The notes beneath the pieces were generated by a model. It ran no database searches, was not told the DNA's origin, and worked only from the letters and a program-made list of their open reading frames with translations. The translations under genes and the position numbers were made by a program. A stretch of DNA of 64,000 bases from Andalucia godoyi And28 (taxonomy: Eukaryota; Protista; Jakobida). Every line of letters starts with the position of its first letter. Position 1 is the first letter of the stretch. The DNA lies in contig VRVR01000048.1 in the NCBI GenBank assembly GCA_009859145.1, positions 177,843 to 241,842 of the forward strand. Direction: 5' to 3'. Shown piece after piece: positions 29,544-40,570 of this stretch.

Positions 29544-32500
29544 ATGGCGGCCAAGGATCGTGCAAAGGAGATGTGGGAGCAGCTCAAACGTCGCGAACAG
29601 TCCAAAGTCACGCAAGTCGGCCAGATTTACCAGAGCCAACGAGCTGCGACGAGCACGGTTTCATCCAACGCAATCGCCGCCTCGTCTTCGATTCATGAGA
29701 GTGCTATGGGGGATGAGCGGAATGCAGCAGCTGCAGCAGGTGTGGCGGATGATCCTGCAATGCACATTTCGGATTTTGGAGAAGTGGTCAAGTACATCGC
29801 ACGCGATATCAACTGCTTTACGGACGCGGATCGAGCGAAGCGACGGGCTTCGCTGCAGAGAGTGCATGATGTGCTGGATGCTTCGCGCAATCCGAACTTT
29901 GCAAGCTGGTCTGCGGGCCAGGTGTCCGCTCACTTTTTGGAGCGTCTTCTGAAGCCGACGCTGGAGGCTCTGCAAGATACCGTTGAGAAATGCAGAGAGC
30001 TTGCTGTGGGAATTCTTGCCTCGTACGTGCAAAGTGCGTTAGTTGGGCTCATTCGGTCCGACGATCCGTCCGCGTCGTTTGCGTTTCAAAAGGTTCTCTC
30101 GTATATGGTTCCTGTGTTTCTCTCGAGGCTGGGGTCCATTGGAGCTTCCGGGGACTGCGATGCACAGGAGACTTCGGAAGAAGTGCGAGTGAAGTTGCTT
30201 GCTGTTTTTGTTGGACTGGTCGATGTTGCGGACCAGGAATCGCTCAAGTCGCACATGGATGAGATCAGCTCGATTTTGAGGCACTGCATGCAGTCTGACC
30301 CGTTTCCGGAGATCAAGCTGCAGGGCTGCATGGCACTTGAGAATTTCGCTCACAGAATCGGATCTGCGAATTTTACGCTGATTGCTGCCACGATTGTCCC
30401 GTCCCTTCAGTCCTGTGTGTCCCATTCGCATTCCAAGGTTCGCGTGCAGGCCGTGAAGGCAATCGGCTGTGTCATCCGACTGGGATTGAAGTACAATGTT
30501 GAGCCGTGGGAACAGTCAATTCGGTCGATGGTCCGATCGGCACAGCTGGACAAGACACTGAGTGTTCGGAGCGAGCTGGTTGTGCAGTGCGGACTTATTC
30601 TGGAGGAATGCGTGGATTGGGAGTATTTGCTGCTTCCGTTCCTGCTCTTCGGCGTGGAATTCGGAGAATCGGCGTGCGAACGCTGTGCACAGATTTTGGA
30701 TGCTCTTGGCGAGCGATGGGTTCGCTTCAATGAAAAGGAAGTGGATGACATCTTGCGCTATCGCCCGGCCGATGCCGATCCGCAGCAATGTGCTTTCTTG
30801 TATGAGCGAGAACCACGTCTTGCACTCAGTGTCGGGGCGCACCCCGTATCTGTTCGACCACCGATTGGCTCCCGATCATTGGTGCAGCAGCATTTCCGCA
30901 AGTTCTACAAAGGGTTGCTTGCAGATGTTGAGGACTGGACCGCTGAGCGCAGAGTGGCGGCACTCCGAACCCTGGCAGTGTGCTCTCTGTTCATTGAGGA
31001 TCACGCCACGGAATTCCTGGAGGCGATTCTCCCGGTGCTGTCTCGCTCAATTCTGGATGGAGACCAGGTAGTACGGTCTCTTGTGGAACTGATTTGCAGA
31101 CGTCTCGGCTTTTTTGTGCCACCGCGCGTGTATCTTGGCATCCTGGCACCGCGACTTCCGATGCATGCCAACACGTCTTCCGTGTCATCGCAGTATGCAG
31201 CCATTGCGCTTGGCGACATTCTCAATTCGTCGTCCTCCGTCTCCCACGTCGCTTCGTCGGGTTCCTCGATTCTTGTGTCGTACGTCACGCTGATTCGGTT
31301 CTGCCTATCGGGTACGTCTCCCCATCACATCTTGTGCCCGGACCATTCGTCGCTTGATCAGCTCATGAGCGCGTTGGCGCTTCCGGATGTTTGTCGAAGC
31401 ACCGATTCTCAAGTGCTGTCCTCATTCGCCGACCTTCTGGCGTACTTGGCCTCTAGAGATGAAGTTCGCAGCGTCTTGCTGTCCGTGTTTCATTCGACTG
31501 TTGCACCGTGTATTGTCTGGTTGTTGTACCGTTCCGAAAAACTGGCCGTCCCCATTTTGCAAGCATTGCATATGGAACTTTCAGAATATCTGGAGCGCAA
31601 CGTTGAAGTGCTCTATGATCATGTCTTTCGGATGCTAGCTACTTCCTCTGTCTCCCATATCGCATCAGAAATGCACATGTTTGAGGCCTTTGTTCGCAAT
31701 CTTCACGGCGCTGTGATTATTCGCTTGTGGCCTCGGGTTGTTGACGGATCCATCATGACGATTTTGTCGCAAACAAGCGAGCGAGGATCTCCAAAGTTTG
31801 AACCTCGTTTGGCGACGATTTTTATGGGACTTATGCGCAGGTGCTTCTCTGCGCTCGTCGAGGTTACGTCGTCGCATGCAGATGCAGTGCGCGAGATTCT
31901 GTCCTCGCGTCTTTTATCGTACTGCAAAACGTTTGTTTTCCCGAATTGTTTCTGGAGACCTGGAGGTGCACCGTCCACTGCATTGCGACGTGAGGCCGTC
32001 GCCGTGTTGTCGGTGGTTGTACAGCACTTCTTGCTGGCCGATCAAGAAGTGTTCAAGACGCTGATCCCGGATATGATATCGGTTCTCGTGAGTGTCCTGG
32101 ACGATGATGAAGACGACCTGCGTAAGGTGGGTACTGATGCGCTTTGGTTTTTCTTCCAGGCCGTGCTTGTGCTCGAGCCGTTCCAGAAATCCTTCTCAAC
32201 AGTCAAGGAGGGACTGAACAGACTCGAGTACGAGCAGCATCGTTCCCTGTTCGAAGCCCTGCTGAAGCGACTGGACGACCCCTCGAATGCCACCCGAATT
32301 TCTCTCTGTGCCGGGTTCATTCCCTACCTGGACGTTTTGCTGCAGGAGAATGACACTGCGCGAATTTGGTTGGAGACCATTGTGGACACGTTGCTCATTC
32401 ATCTCGACGACCCAGACCACGAGGTGCAGCAAGCCGTGCTCCCGGTGCTGAGGCGCCTTGCCGTGTCAGAGCCAGATCTGGTAGCTGCGCGTGCTCGCGA

Positions 32501-32576
32501 AGCCCGCAGCAAGCATCGCTCTCCGATGTATCTTGATCAGATCATTCCTGACGGACGACAGCTTTCTCTTTCATAA
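29544..32576 (+). CDS. DNAAF5: Dynein axonemal assembly factor 5 (HEATR2)
   Basis: HEAT repeats with ETSEEVRVKLL, DPFPEIKLQGC, HSHSKVRVQAV and C-terminal LLIHLDDPDHEVQQAV. Confidence 0.85.
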   Translation: MAAKDRAKEMWEQLKRREQSKVTQVGQIYQSQRAATSTVSSNAIAASSSIHESAMGDERNAAAAAGVADDPAMHISDFGEVVKYIARDINCFTDADRAKRRASLQRVHDVLDASRNPNFASWSAGQVSAHFLERLLKPTLEALQDTVEKCRELAVGILASYVQSALVGLIRSDDPSASFAFQKVLSYMVPVFLSRLGSIGASGDCDAQETSEEVRVKLLAVFVGLVDVADQESLKSHMDEISSILRHCMQSDPFPEIKLQGCMALENFAHRIGSANFTLIAATIVPSLQSCVSHSHSKVRVQAVKAIGCVIRLGLKYNVEPWEQSIRSMVRSAQLDKTLSVRSELVVQCGLILEECVDWEYLLLPFLLFGVEFGESACERCAQILDALGERWVRFNEKEVDDILRYRPADADPQQCAFLYEREPRLALSVGAHPVSVRPPIGSRSLVQQHFRKFYKGLLADVEDWTAERRVAALRTLAVCSLFIEDHATEFLEAILPVLSRSILDGDQVVRSLVELICRRLGFFVPPRVYLGILAPRLPMHANTSSVSSQYAAIALGDILNSSSSVSHVASSGSSILVSYVTLIRFCLSGTSPHHILCPDHSSLDQLMSALALPDVCRSTDSQVLSSFADLLAYLASRDEVRSVLLSVFHSTVAPCIVWLLYRSEKLAVPILQALHMELSEYLERNVEVLYDHVFRMLATSSVSHIASEMHMFEAFVRNLHGAVIIRLWPRVVDGSIMTILSQTSERGSPKFEPRLATIFMGLMRRCFSALVEVTSSHADAVREILSSRLLSYCKTFVFPNCFWRPGGAPSTALRREAVAVLSVVVQHFLLADQEVFKTLIPDMISVLVSVLDDDEDDLRKVGTDALWFFFQAVLVLEPFQKSFSTVKEGLNRLEYEQHRSLFEALLKRLDDPSNATRISLCAGFIPYLDVLLQENDTARIWLETIVDTLLIHLDDPDHEVQQAVLPVLRRLAVSEPDLVAARAREARSKHRSPMYLDQIIPDGRQLSLS

Positions 32577-32784
32577 CTCTTCTTTCTTCTTGCAGTGCAA
32601 CTTTTTGCATGGTGATGATGGCGATCACACGATAGAAAGCAGCAGAAACGGAAAAGAAAAGAAAAACAAACGGCCAAACAACCAAACAACCAAACCCCGT
32701 AAAAGAAATACTAAAAAATTAGTTCCGTCGTTAAAAAGCATACGAATGCCTGTAATCGTGGTCCTTGCGTTATTTACATGTTGA

Positions 32785-33705
32785 TTACCGCTTTGCGCCT
32801 TCCTTCTCCTTCTCCCGTTCCCGTTCCTTCACTCGTTCAAATTCGGCACGTTTTCGTTCGATCGCAGCGTCGACGATGTTCTCTGCAAACTCGGGTTTGA
32901 GCAGATCGCTGAAGCTGTCCTGTGCTGCTCGTTCCGCATTCAACGGGAATGTTTCAAAAAACACCAGCTGCCACTTGTCGACGTCTGGATGTTTTGTGAG
33001 GGTGACGCCGGGGGGCACGCGGTCCGATGCTGGCTTTGGCACTCCAATCTCCTTGAGATTATCTGTTCCAGCAGGAACAACGATGAGCTTCGAGTGGTCT
33101 GTCTGCATGAGCTCCGATCCCTTGCCCTCCTGCGTCGGGAAGAAGTTCGCGTTCAGAAACGACCGGAACTTGGAGTGCGTTGTCGGCTCCTGCGACGCAT
33201 AAATGAGGGAACCATTGAAGTGCAGCGCTACGAAGCGCAGCGCACGCGACACGATGCGCCGTTCTTCCGACTCTGCATTTGCAAACAAGTCATATTTGTT
33301 CGCGATGAACACAATTGGTGCTCTCTGCCGAACCAGGGTTCCCCAGTACAATGCTTCTGAAAACGCTTCTGCGACACTCGACAAGTCGAGCACGACGCAC
33401 ACGACAAGTCCTTCTTGCAGCCGCTGCTTCGTCATGACAACGTCGACGAGCTGCGCCATTGCTCGCCCCCCGCCAATTTCAAAAAAGTGCACCGTTTGCG
33501 ATCCGCCTGCTGCACCTTCCTTTTTGCCGTACGTGTAGTCCAACCCAAGCGAGGGCCGCGGCTTCTCGTCCGTCTTCTTCATAAACCGGTTGACGACCGT
33601 CGACTTGCCACCGCTCCGAGGCCCCACAAGCAGCGCACTCACTTCATATGACGGTGCCCCATGCCGCGCTGGAAGCTCAGACGCCAACTGCCACAAATCC
33701 TTCAT
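32785..33705 (-). CDS. DYNC2LI1: Cytoplasmic dynein-2 light intermediate chain (IFT dynein)
   Basis: VGPRSGGKST P-loop, PSLGLDYTYGKK, FFEIGGG, LRFVALHFNGSLIY. Confidence 0.9.
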   Translation of the reverse strand: MKDLWQLASELPARHGAPSYEVSALLVGPRSGGKSTVVNRFMKKTDEKPRPSLGLDYTYGKKEGAAGGSQTVHFFEIGGGRAMAQLVDVVMTKQRLQEGLVVCVVLDLSSVAEAFSEALYWGTLVRQRAPIVFIANKYDLFANAESEERRIVSRALRFVALHFNGSLIYASQEPTTHSKFRSFLNANFFPTQEGKGSELMQTDHSKLIVVPAGTDNLKEIGVPKPASDRVPPGVTLTKHPDVDKWQLVFFETFPLNAERAAQDSFSDLLKPEFAENIVDAAIERKRAEFERVKEREREKEKEGAKR

Positions 33706-33886
33706 TTCGTTCTGAACCCTGAACCCCCGATCCCAGAACACGAAACACCCAACACCCAATACGCAATACGGAATACGGAATACGGAATCCAAACGAAGCG
33801 CAATAGAAGAGCAAAAAACCACGTTTTCATATCCAGGAAAAAAAGATCCGGCACACATTCTTATTCGTCTCGATTGTCGATTCTGC

Positions 33887-33896
33887 GAACCAATCG
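33887..33896 (+). promoter_or_regulatory. CCAAT box in the divergent DYNC2LI1/EMC7 promoter
   Basis: GAACCAATCG midway between the two ATGs; same 10-mer at 27045-27054. Confidence 0.4.
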
Positions 33897-34054
33897 TCAG
33901 CGAGGGGTTTCCATGTTTTTATCTTGAACAGCAAAGGGCCGCACAGCATTCGTGTGTGGATGTGTGTGTTTATATTATGTATGTTGATTTTTACCGAACA
34001 TCGATTGCTGACCAGCGAGAGTACGGGAAGCCAAAAAAGAGTCGGCGATAGAGA

Positions 34055-34768
34055 ATGGTGCGATCGAGTATATTTCTAGCGGCAGTAGTAGTGGTAGTAG
34101 TAGTAGTTGTTTTTGGAGGAGTGGTAGTTTCTGCGGGACGGGTGGAAAGTGCGTCTGTGTCTGAGAGTTCGTTGTATCGACTTTCGCTGAGTGGAAAAGT
34201 GTACGGAATTGACGCGACTTCTGCGATGTCGGCTGCAGCGCATCTTCCTGAGCAGGTGACGCTTCTTCTTGAATCTGGATCGTTTGTCCGCGAGTTTGTG
34301 GTTTTGAAAGACGGGTCGTTTTCGGTCCAGCTGGATGTACCGCTCGAGATGCAGCTTTCGCTGACGGTGTCTTGTGCGCATCAACTGTACGCCGAGTATC
34401 AGATTACGGTGCCAGAGCATCCGTCCAAGAGTCCGCGGGTTGTCGAGTTTGCAATGGGCGAAAAGCGACTTGTCAAGAGCACCAGCATGCATATCCAGCC
34501 ATTGATGGAAGCGGTTGCGGCGCGCAGCAGGTTCTTTGAAGTGAAGGAGGCCTTTGACTGGCGAAGCGTGCTGATGAACCCAATGACCATGGTCCTCGGA
34601 ATGACAATGCTCATGATGTACATGATGAAGAACATGGATCCTGCGGCACTCAAGGAGGCGCAGACGGCCATCCGCGACATTCAAAGTGGCGGACAGACAC
34701 AGACGCCTCCGCAACCAGCCGCCATTCCAGACACCGCGACCAAGCACAAGCAGAAACGACATCACTAG
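34055..34768 (+). CDS. EMC7: ER membrane protein complex subunit 7
   Basis: Signal peptide; beta-sandwich with DGSF; FFEVKEAFDWRSVLMNPM followed by TM and MDP. Confidence 0.85.
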   Translation: MVRSSIFLAAVVVVVVVVVFGGVVVSAGRVESASVSESSLYRLSLSGKVYGIDATSAMSAAAHLPEQVTLLLESGSFVREFVVLKDGSFSVQLDVPLEMQLSLTVSCAHQLYAEYQITVPEHPSKSPRVVEFAMGEKRLVKSTSMHIQPLMEAVAARSRFFEVKEAFDWRSVLMNPMTMVLGMTMLMMYMMKNMDPAALKEAQTAIRDIQSGGQTQTPPQPAAIPDTATKHKQKRHH

Positions 34769-34963
34769 CACGTAAAACAAACATACTAGACGTTCAGGCT
34801 TGAAAATGGTTTATGAATGAAGATTAAAAATAAAGAGAGAAAGTAGGGAAGAGGAGTGAGGGGTGAGGGGAGAGGGGAGAGGGAAGAGGAAAGAGGAAGG
34901 AAGGAAGGAAGCGTCCGTGGTCATTTTTACCTGCCCAAGTGATGTATGTACAGATTAGGCAGA

Positions 34964-35653
34964 TTAAGAAGACATGGGAACACGCTCGCGCTCACGCTCG
35001 CGCTTGTTTTCCTTTGGCGGTTCGTCGGACTCACCATGCTCGGCGTCGTCCAGACGGTCCGTGTCCGGCTTCGGAAGATCCTTCTGGGGAACCGACACGG
35101 TGTCGAGCTTGGTGCCCAGCAAGTCTCTTTGTAAGCTCGCGAGTTCTTCGTTGACCTGTTCGTTCTGCTCGGGATCCAGGTCCTCGGCAAGCTGCTCGGC
35201 AAGCTGTTTCTGGTACGAGATCGCATCTGCAGTCTCCTCATTCAGCATGTCGACCTTCTCGAGACTGATTTCGGACTGGAGCTGCTTGAGCATACCTGCT
35301 CCAATCTTGAGACCTTCAAACACGCTCTGCTCTACAAGCGCAAACTCCACCGACGCAATCATCTGCTCAACATTCACAAGCTGTGCATCGGCCTTGTCCA
35401 GCAACCCCTCTTGGAACTTCTTCTTGCGAATCACGAGCATCGCTCTCGACTTGGACGTCTCGGTGCGCTGTGCAAGCAGGTTTCGCGCAATGTCAACTTC
35501 TTTGCGGATCGAAATCTCCAGCTTCTTCGAATACTGAACAAGCTTGTCTCGCTGGATCTTCAAGTCCAGCACCGCTCGATCATGCGCTGTGATCCTGTCT
35601 TCCTGCGGCGGCTTCTCAGAGTGCCCCGTGTGTTTTGAAAAGAAAAATCCCAT
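34964..35653 (-). CDS. CHMP6: ESCRT-III subunit Vps20/CHMP6
   Basis: MG (myristoylation-type) start at 35653; ITAHDRAVLDLKIQRDKL, KKKFQEGLL, VFEGLKIG. Confidence 0.93.
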   Translation of the reverse strand: MGFFFSKHTGHSEKPPQEDRITAHDRAVLDLKIQRDKLVQYSKKLEISIRKEVDIARNLLAQRTETSKSRAMLVIRKKKFQEGLLDKADAQLVNVEQMIASVEFALVEQSVFEGLKIGAGMLKQLQSEISLEKVDMLNEETADAISYQKQLAEQLAEDLDPEQNEQVNEELASLQRDLLGTKLDTVSVPQKDLPKPDTDRLDDAEHGESDEPPKENKRERERERVPMSS

Positions 35654-35952
35654 CCCTCTCCTGCCTGTGTGTACTGTGCACCTTTCTGTATGTATAACTG
35701 TATAACTGTATCGATGGATGGATGGGTACGTGTACGTGAAGCCTTTGCTTGTTCTTTCCATACGCCGCTGTCCTTTCGTCGTCGAGAACATGGGTTTACT
35801 GGTACAACAAACCTCCGACAAGGAAATTGGAAAGGGTCCTTGCTGTAGCATCACGTGATGCCAACAAGCCGTGGAGAAAACGTTTCAGTCGACTTGCTTC
35901 GCGGAAATGGTTGCTATTATGTATTTCGCTTTGGCTTTCTTATTTTGTTTTC

Positions 35953-35983
<31 letters not shown>

Positions 35984-36041
35984 ATTATTATTATTATTAT
36001 TATTTGGGGTTGCTGGTTGTTGACAGAAAGACGCTGTGAAG

Positions 36042-37214
36042 ATGTCTGATAATAGCGAGGCAGCAGTAGCTAGTGCATCATGCTCTGGGTGTGTACCCGC
36101 AGCTGGGGAATCTGAGACAGTGGCGGCAGTGGCAAAGTCTCTTGCGGATGTGACGATCAACGGTCTGTCGTACGAAGAGCGAGTTGCACTTGCATTGTCG
36201 GTGGGCGAGGAGTGCATCCAGGAGCAAGAACTGAGGGCGCTGTTCGCGAAAAAGGAGAATCCGAGATGCTACGATGGGTTTGAACCGTCTGGACGAATCC
36301 ATATTGCGCAGGGCGTGCAAAAGGCAATCAATGTGAACAAGCTGACCAAGGCCGGATGTGTGTTCACGTTCTGGGTTGCAGACTGGTTTGCGCTGATGAA
36401 CGACAAGATGGGCGGGGATCTCAAGAAGATCCAGGTTGTTGGAAAGTACATGATTGAAGTGTGGAAGGCCGTTGGTATGGATATGAGCCGCGTGGAGTTC
36501 AAGTGGTCGTCGGACGAAATCAATTCGAGAGCCGGGGAGTACTGGCCACAAGTCATTGACATTGCACGGAAAAACACAATTTCACGTGTGAAGAGATGCG
36601 GCCAGATCATGGGCCGGGCGGAGTCGGACGACATGTCTGCCGCGCAAATCTTGTATCCATGCATGCAATGCGCGGACATCTTTTTCCTGAAGGCCGACAT
36701 TTGCCAGCTGGGAATGGACCAGCGCAAAGTGAACATGCTTGCTCGTGAATACGCAGAGGAAAAGAAGATGAAGTTCAGACCAATCGTTTTGTCGCACCAC
36801 ATGCTCCCGGGACTGAAGCAGGGCCAAGAAAAGATGAGCAAGTCAGATCCCGAGTCTGCAATCTTTATGGAAGATTCGGAAATCGATGTCCGTACAAAGA
36901 TCAAGAAGGCATACTGCCCGGAGAAGCAGATCGAGGGCAATCCGGTTCTGGAATATGTCGAGTATGTCGTCTTGCCATGGCTCAAGTCGTTCAAAGTCGA
37001 CCGCTCCGAGGCCAATGGAGGCCCGGTAGAATACACGGACATGGCGACACTGAAGGCGGACTTTGCAGAAGGCAAGCTGCACCCGGCGGATCTCAAGCCG
37101 TCCGTCGCCGTCGCCATCAACGCCATCTTGCAACCTGTTCGGGACCACTTTGAACAGGATCCAGAAGCCAAGAAGCTTTTGGACCAGGTCAGAAAGTTCA
37201 AGGTTACGCGGTAA
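36042..37214 (+). CDS. YARS: Tyrosyl-tRNA synthetase, cytosolic
   Basis: YDGFEPSGRIHIAQG (HIGH-like), YPCMQCADIFFL, QLGMDQRK, KMSKS. Confidence 0.97.
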   Translation: MSDNSEAAVASASCSGCVPAAGESETVAAVAKSLADVTINGLSYEERVALALSVGEECIQEQELRALFAKKENPRCYDGFEPSGRIHIAQGVQKAINVNKLTKAGCVFTFWVADWFALMNDKMGGDLKKIQVVGKYMIEVWKAVGMDMSRVEFKWSSDEINSRAGEYWPQVIDIARKNTISRVKRCGQIMGRAESDDMSAAQILYPCMQCADIFFLKADICQLGMDQRKVNMLAREYAEEKKMKFRPIVLSHHMLPGLKQGQEKMSKSDPESAIFMEDSEIDVRTKIKKAYCPEKQIEGNPVLEYVEYVVLPWLKSFKVDRSEANGGPVEYTDMATLKADFAEGKLHPADLKPSVAVAINAILQPVRDHFEQDPEAKKLLDQVRKFKVTR

Positions 37215-37366
37215 ACAAAAGGATCGTTGTGTCCGTAAGATCAGTTTTTCGCGATAAAAGTGGAAAAAAGAGCAACAACAAGAAGGAAAGTAGTGGTGAA
37301 CGGCAAACTTCTCATTGTCACCCCCACCTCCTTCTTTCTGCGCTCCGACTCTCAAGTAGCACATTC

Positions 37367-38365
37367 CTACTGAACCGAGCCAAACGCAGGAGCCGAGTCT
37401 CGAACAGTCGTCGATGTTTTGCTTCCAGGAGGACCCTTCCGACGACCGCTGCGCATCACAAGCACCAACATGATTGTTGGGATGATTTCACAGACCAAAT
37501 ACATGCCAAACGACACGCCATACACGACGGTCGGGGATACGTTTGGATTAGAATCAACAAGGAAGAATGCGATGATGAGAATCGCAACTCGCAGCGCTTC
37601 CGAGCATCCGCAAATCACAGCTGTGTTCTGGATCGCCTTCATCTGGGCCTTCCTGCTCGAGGTCATCGTCAGCGTCAGTGCCGCAACTTGCCTGACAAGG
37701 GACTTGCCCGCCACGACAAATAACACAGCAGACATTGCCGAATATGCAATGACCAGCGACTGGCCGACCGTGTATGTGAGCTGATCGTCACTCACCGCGA
37801 AATGCACAATGGTTACCGACAGCAAGTAGACAAACAACGAAACGCTGAGATACAGTGTATACAGAGCCCGGCACCGGAATGCAAGTGTCCCAATCCAGCT
37901 TTCCGACTGAGATGCCGACGAGACCGCAGTGTCTGCACCAAAGGCAAGCTGCAGATCCGCGTATCGCTCCGACCAGTAAAACACAAGAATGACCGTTCCG
38001 GAGATGAACCCAATGGAGCACAGTTGTGCAACAAGAGGCAGCAAAACGCTGGATCGCAAACTCTCTTCCATCATAATAAGGGTCCATTCAACCGCCCTCC
38101 CAAGACAGCTAAGCGAGATGATGAGATAGAACGTATTCTCCCAACGTGAAGACTTTCTTTCCTCGTTTGCATGGCCGGACAGCGGTGCCGACATCGGAAG
38201 CAAGGAAGCGTCTCCCATCGTTGATGAAAACCCACCAAACGCAAGAGAAAATGAAACACCGTAAGACCGAACAGCCCGAATCCAGTTCACCGTCAGGTAG
38301 ATAAAGTACAGGAAAAACACACATGGTATCGCAATTACGACGCCCAATTCACCGCTGTTGGGCAT
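37367..38365 (-). CDS. 7-TM protein (GPR137/TOM1-like)
   Basis: About seven hydrophobic segments; LGRAV, VFYW and CEIIP motifs; basic C-tail. Confidence 0.65.
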   Translation of the reverse strand: MPNSGELGVVIAIPCVFFLYFIYLTVNWIRAVRSYGVSFSLAFGGFSSTMGDASLLPMSAPLSGHANEERKSSRWENTFYLIISLSCLGRAVEWTLIMMEESLRSSVLLPLVAQLCSIGFISGTVILVFYWSERYADLQLAFGADTAVSSASQSESWIGTLAFRCRALYTLYLSVSLFVYLLSVTIVHFAVSDDQLTYTVGQSLVIAYSAMSAVLFVVAGKSLVRQVAALTLTMTSSRKAQMKAIQNTAVICGCSEALRVAILIIAFFLVDSNPNVSPTVVYGVSFGMYLVCEIIPTIMLVLVMRSGRRKGPPGSKTSTTVRDSAPAFGSVQ

Positions 38366-38432
38366 TCGATGAAAATATCGCGCGGACTACAACGTACGCA
38401 GCGCGGATTCAAACAAACCCCCCCTCCCCCAA

Positions 38433-38515
38433 ACAACAACAACAACAAAAACAACAACAACAACAACAAAAACAACAACAATAACAAAAACAAAAACAAA
38501 AACAAAAACAAAACA
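38433..38515. repeat. (AAC)n/(AAAAAC)n microsatellite
   Basis: Directly visible; similar tracts at ~35951-36000 and ~43181-43230. Confidence 0.85.
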
Positions 38516-38947
38516 CACAGCTATTCAGTGTCCGATCCATAACACTAGAACAGTCCAAGTCGCTCGCAAAGTCGAAACTGGCCTGAACAACCTCCGACTC
38601 GAAACAGACAAAAAGACGCAGCAGCGACTGTAGTAGACAAGCATTTTTTTGCGTCGGAAAAAAAGTCGGAGAGATTCGGAGAGGGGAGGATTCGTGCGAA
38701 ATTGACCGTCAACAAAAACGCCAAAACTCACATTGTGCAGTGCTGATGCTCTGTGGTTCATAATCATCATCACCTTTGTCTTTGTCTTTGTCTTTGTCTT
38801 TGTCTTTGATTTTCTTTCTTCTTCTTCTTCTTCTTCTTTCCATTTTAAGAAAAAAGACTTTTAAAAAAACTGTTCTGCCTACTTCTGTCTCTCTGAAAAG
38901 GAAAGGAAAAAAAAGAATAATAATAATCAAACAGCAAATTAGCAGAC

Positions 38948-40570
38948 ATGGCATCTTCTACTTCGTCTGCGAGTGCATCGACGCTGCTGCCGGTGAGCAT
39001 CTCAACATCGGTCCAGCACCAGCACGTGCCGTTTGGCCAAGAGGTCGAAGTGGTGTGCATGGCGACTCTGACTGCTGTGAACGACGATGAAATACAAATT
39101 CTCAAGGCCGCGTCGTCTGACAAGGAAGTGAGAGCACCGGTGGACATCGTTGCGGTGCTTGACCGATCCGGTTCCATGGATTCCGGCGGAAAGCTGGATC
39201 TCGTGAAGGAGGCGATGCATTTTGTGTGCACTCACTTGCGTGAGACGGACAGAATTTCGATTGTCGTGTATGACGATGCTGTGCAAACCATTGCGCCGCT
39301 GCAGTACGTGACTGCTGCAGCCAAGGAAAACTTGGACCGCATGATTGATGAGATTGCGACAGGCGGTTCGACGAACCTTTCTGGAGGCTTGTTTGAAGGG
39401 GTTTCCATCGCAGAGACCGCGGCTGCGGCTGCAAAGACTGGGCAGAACCGAGTTGGCTCCGTCTTTTTGTTCACAGACGGTCAGGCAAATGTGGGACTTC
39501 GATCCCTGCAGGAAATCAAACCAGTCCTCTACGGAATGCTCAAGAATGGCACGTCCGTCATGACATTTGGGTTCGGATCTGACCACGAAGCTGCTCTTCT
39601 CAAGGGCATTGCAGAAGTCTCGAAGGGGCTGTACTACTTCCTCTCCAAAGCAGAAGACATTCCCGTTGCATTTGCAGATTGCATGGGAGGGCTATTGTCT
39701 GTTGTTGCGCAGAACATTTCATTGTCCGTGGAGACGGTAGATGAAGATGTTGAGATTCTTCGCATCATGACAAAGTTTTCCACGCAGCAGCTCAGAGAAA
39801 AGCACGCCTTCAAGGTTACAATGCAGGATATTTATGCTGGGGAATCGAAGAACATTCTCGTTCGTGTCAAGCTGCCCAAGCGCTCCTGCTCCATCCAGCA
39901 AGACCCAGTTCTGAATGTCTCCATCTCGTACATTGATGTTCTGACGCCTGCTCAGCGAGAACAGAGTGTTGTTCTGAAGGTTGATCGCGGGGACATCATG
40001 GACGCAGTGAACGTTGCCGTTGACGAGCAGACGAACAGGTTCATGGTTGCGGAAGGCCTCGAAACGGCGAATCAGCTGGGTGATCGGGGGAATCTTGCGG
40101 ATGCCAAGGACCATCTCCAGAAGATTAAGAAGCACATTATGGAATCTGCGTCGAATCAGTCCCCAACGACGATGGAGCTCCAAAACCAGATTGAAAGCAT
40201 CGTGTCTCGAATGGATTCAACGAGGGACTACCACGACTACGCTTCCAAGGCAATGTGCCAGATTGCAAACGAGCACGCGTACGAGCGGTCTGCCATGTCC
40301 ACTGTGGAGAACGACGAGGCTCAAAGCGCCCAGACGTCGAAAAAGTACGTCACAAAGTCCAAGTCTGCGTATCGTGCATCTGCCCAGGCAGCTGCCATCT
40401 CTGCACCTCCTCGACCGCAGCAAGCGCCGCAACAGCAGTATTACCAGCAGTCGTCTTTCGCAGTGCCCAATCAGCTGCAGATGCCGATGAATCAAGCGCC
40501 AACTCCGCAGCAGGTGCCCGTTGCCCCGCCGCAGTCAATTCTGTCGAAATCCAAGACCAAGACCAATTAA
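38948..40570 (+). CDS. von Willebrand factor A domain protein with Ig-like domain and Q/P-rich tail
   Basis: DIVAVLDRSGSM (MIDAS), GGSTNLSGGL, LFTDG, TFGFGSDH. Confidence 0.9.
   Translation: MASSTSSASASTLLPVSISTSVQHQHVPFGQEVEVVCMATLTAVNDDEIQILKAASSDKEVRAPVDIVAVLDRSGSMDSGGKLDLVKEAMHFVCTHLRETDRISIVVYDDAVQTIAPLQYVTAAAKENLDRMIDEIATGGSTNLSGGLFEGVSIAETAAAAAKTGQNRVGSVFLFTDGQANVGLRSLQEIKPVLYGMLKNGTSVMTFGFGSDHEAALLKGIAEVSKGLYYFLSKAEDIPVAFADCMGGLLSVVAQNISLSVETVDEDVEILRIMTKFSTQQLREKHAFKVTMQDIYAGESKNILVRVKLPKRSCSIQQDPVLNVSISYIDVLTPAQREQSVVLKVDRGDIMDAVNVAVDEQTNRFMVAEGLETANQLGDRGNLADAKDHLQKIKKHIMESASNQSPTTMELQNQIESIVSRMDSTRDYHDYASKAMCQIANEHAYERSAMSTVENDEAQSAQTSKKYVTKSKSAYRASAQAAAISAPPRPQQAPQQQYYQQSSFAVPNQLQMPMNQAPTPQQVPVAPPQSILSKSKTKTN

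Noticed and set aside
36269-37201. 310-aa minus ORF
   Set aside because: Antisense of TyrRS
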